A model generated the notes under the pieces. It was not told the DNA's origin, did no database searches, and was given only the letters and a program-made list of their open reading frames with translations. A DNA stretch of 64,000 bases from Chthoniobacteraceae bacterium (GTDB taxonomy: Bacteria; Verrucomicrobiota; Verrucomicrobiia; Chthoniobacterales; Chthoniobacteraceae), in the NCBI GenBank assembly GCA_037190965.1, contig JBBCKI010000034.1:32001-96000 (forward strand), written 5' to 3'. Made by a program: the position numbers and the translations under genes. Below are positions 63,205 through 64,000 of the stretch, piece by piece; within the stretch, counting starts at the first letter, position 1, and each line of letters begins with the position of its first letter.

Positions 63205-64000
63205 ATGAACCCTTTATATGATATTGCAGTGATTGGCGGCGGCCCCGCCGGAATCTGTGCTGCCATTGCAGCCGGTCGGCTTGGCTTGCGCACCGCGCTG
63301 GTGGAGCGGCACCCGATCCTGGGCGGCATGGGAACGGCGGCGTTAGTTAACAATTTCTGCAACGCGTATCATGATGGCCAGCGATTTATCATCGGGGGGA
63401 TCTTCTCGGAGATTCGCAATGAACTCATCGCCCGGGATGCCTTGTTCGTCACGCTCGGCCTTGAGCCTTATAATCACCATGTGTTCTGCGAGATTGCCGA
63501 GCGGCTTTGTCGGGAGGCGGGGGTGGATCTTTTTCTGGGGAGTCCCCTTGGCAAGGTCTCCTTTGGAGATGATGGCACGCTCATTAAGCTTCCCGGGGCA
63601 GGGAGGGACTTGCAAGCGCGGGTAGTTGTCGATGCCAGCGGTGATGCTGCGGTTGCAGCACAGGCGGGCGTAGGAATGGTGCCGCGAGAGGAAGGGCGGC
63701 GGTTGCCGATGCCGCTCAACTATTGCTACTTGCTGGGCCCTGCTGACTGGGAACAAATCCGCAGGGAAATTCCCGAGATTATTCTGACGGACATGAACGG
63801 CGAGGAGTATCTATACCTCGGGCCCCAGTCCCGGTTGCGCCAGTGGGTGAAGGAAGCCCGGGAGGCTGGTGAATTGACCATCCCTCGCGACCGGATTGCG
63901 GTGGCGTACTCGGTGCCGCTGATGAAGGAGACCATCTCAGTCAACTTCGGACGCGTGGTCGTGGATGATCCCGCAGACCCGGCGCAACTCGCGGAAGCCG
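63205..64000 (+). CDS. FAD-dependent oxidoreductase, 3'-truncated by the window edge
   Basis: ATG directly after the TAA at 63202-63204; MNPLYDIAVIGGGPAGICAAIAAGRLG...LGGMGT, VVDASGDA; not in the ORF track. Confidence 0.88.
   Translation, partial: MNPLYDIAVIGGGPAGICAAIAAGRLGLRTALVERHPILGGMGTAALVNNFCNAYHDGQRFIIGGIFSEIRNELIARDALFVTLGLEPYNHHVFCEIAERLCREAGVDLFLGSPLGKVSFGDDGTLIKLPGAGRDLQARVVVDASGDAAVAAQAGVGMVPREEGRRLPMPLNYCYLLGPADWEQIRREIPEIILTDMNGEEYLYLGPQSRLRQWVKEAREAGELTIPRDRIAVAYSVPLMKETISVNFGRVVVDDPADPAQLAEA

Overview
The window looks like chromosome from a Verrucomicrobiota bacterium (Chthoniobacterales/Terrimicrobium-like), inferred from three PEP-CTERM proteins, a Verru_Chthon A-D cassette and an H-X9-DG prepilin. 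(1) Bases 1-6775 are the right end of a prophage: tail genes, a lysis cassette that includes a lipoprotein missing from the ORF track, a P63C-like moron, and an attR made of the 3' half of tRNA-Arg(UCU). (2) Bases 6.9-10.6 kb hold a membrane protein, a small secreted protein, a Tat-exported Gfo/Idh/MocA oxidoreductase and ApbE. (3) Bases 11.0-50.7 kb form a roughly 40-kb carbohydrate-utilisation locus with no TonB-dependent/SusCD transporter. It has a LacI regulator, a four-gene pseudopilin-like cassette, a PEP-CTERM beta-helical surface protein, two pairs of paralogous GH-like proteins of unassigned family, GH123-like, GH36 and GH20 enzymes, an SGNH esterase, TPR and LamG proteins and an unusual ABC importer. 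One 18-bp palindrome (TGTAAA-N6-TTTACA) sits in front of the regulator, the pilin cassette, the surface protein and one GH operon. This is the best candidate for an undescribed system: a sugar-regulated pseudopilin/PEP-CTERM glycan-foraging regulon. (4) Bases 50.8-54.7 kb hold NUDIX, tatC, TolC and a minimal adaptor. (5) A PEP-CTERM subtilase with an apparent Glu-His-Ser triad is bracketed by inverted copies of a GTAG-REP doublet (REPIN-like) element, with a third copy at 17.7 kb. (6) Bases 57.1-64 kb start a second locus of similar make-up (DUF4838-like, PEP-CTERM, LacI, prepilin, FAD oxidoreductase). All family calls come from recognising motifs by eye; no searches were run.
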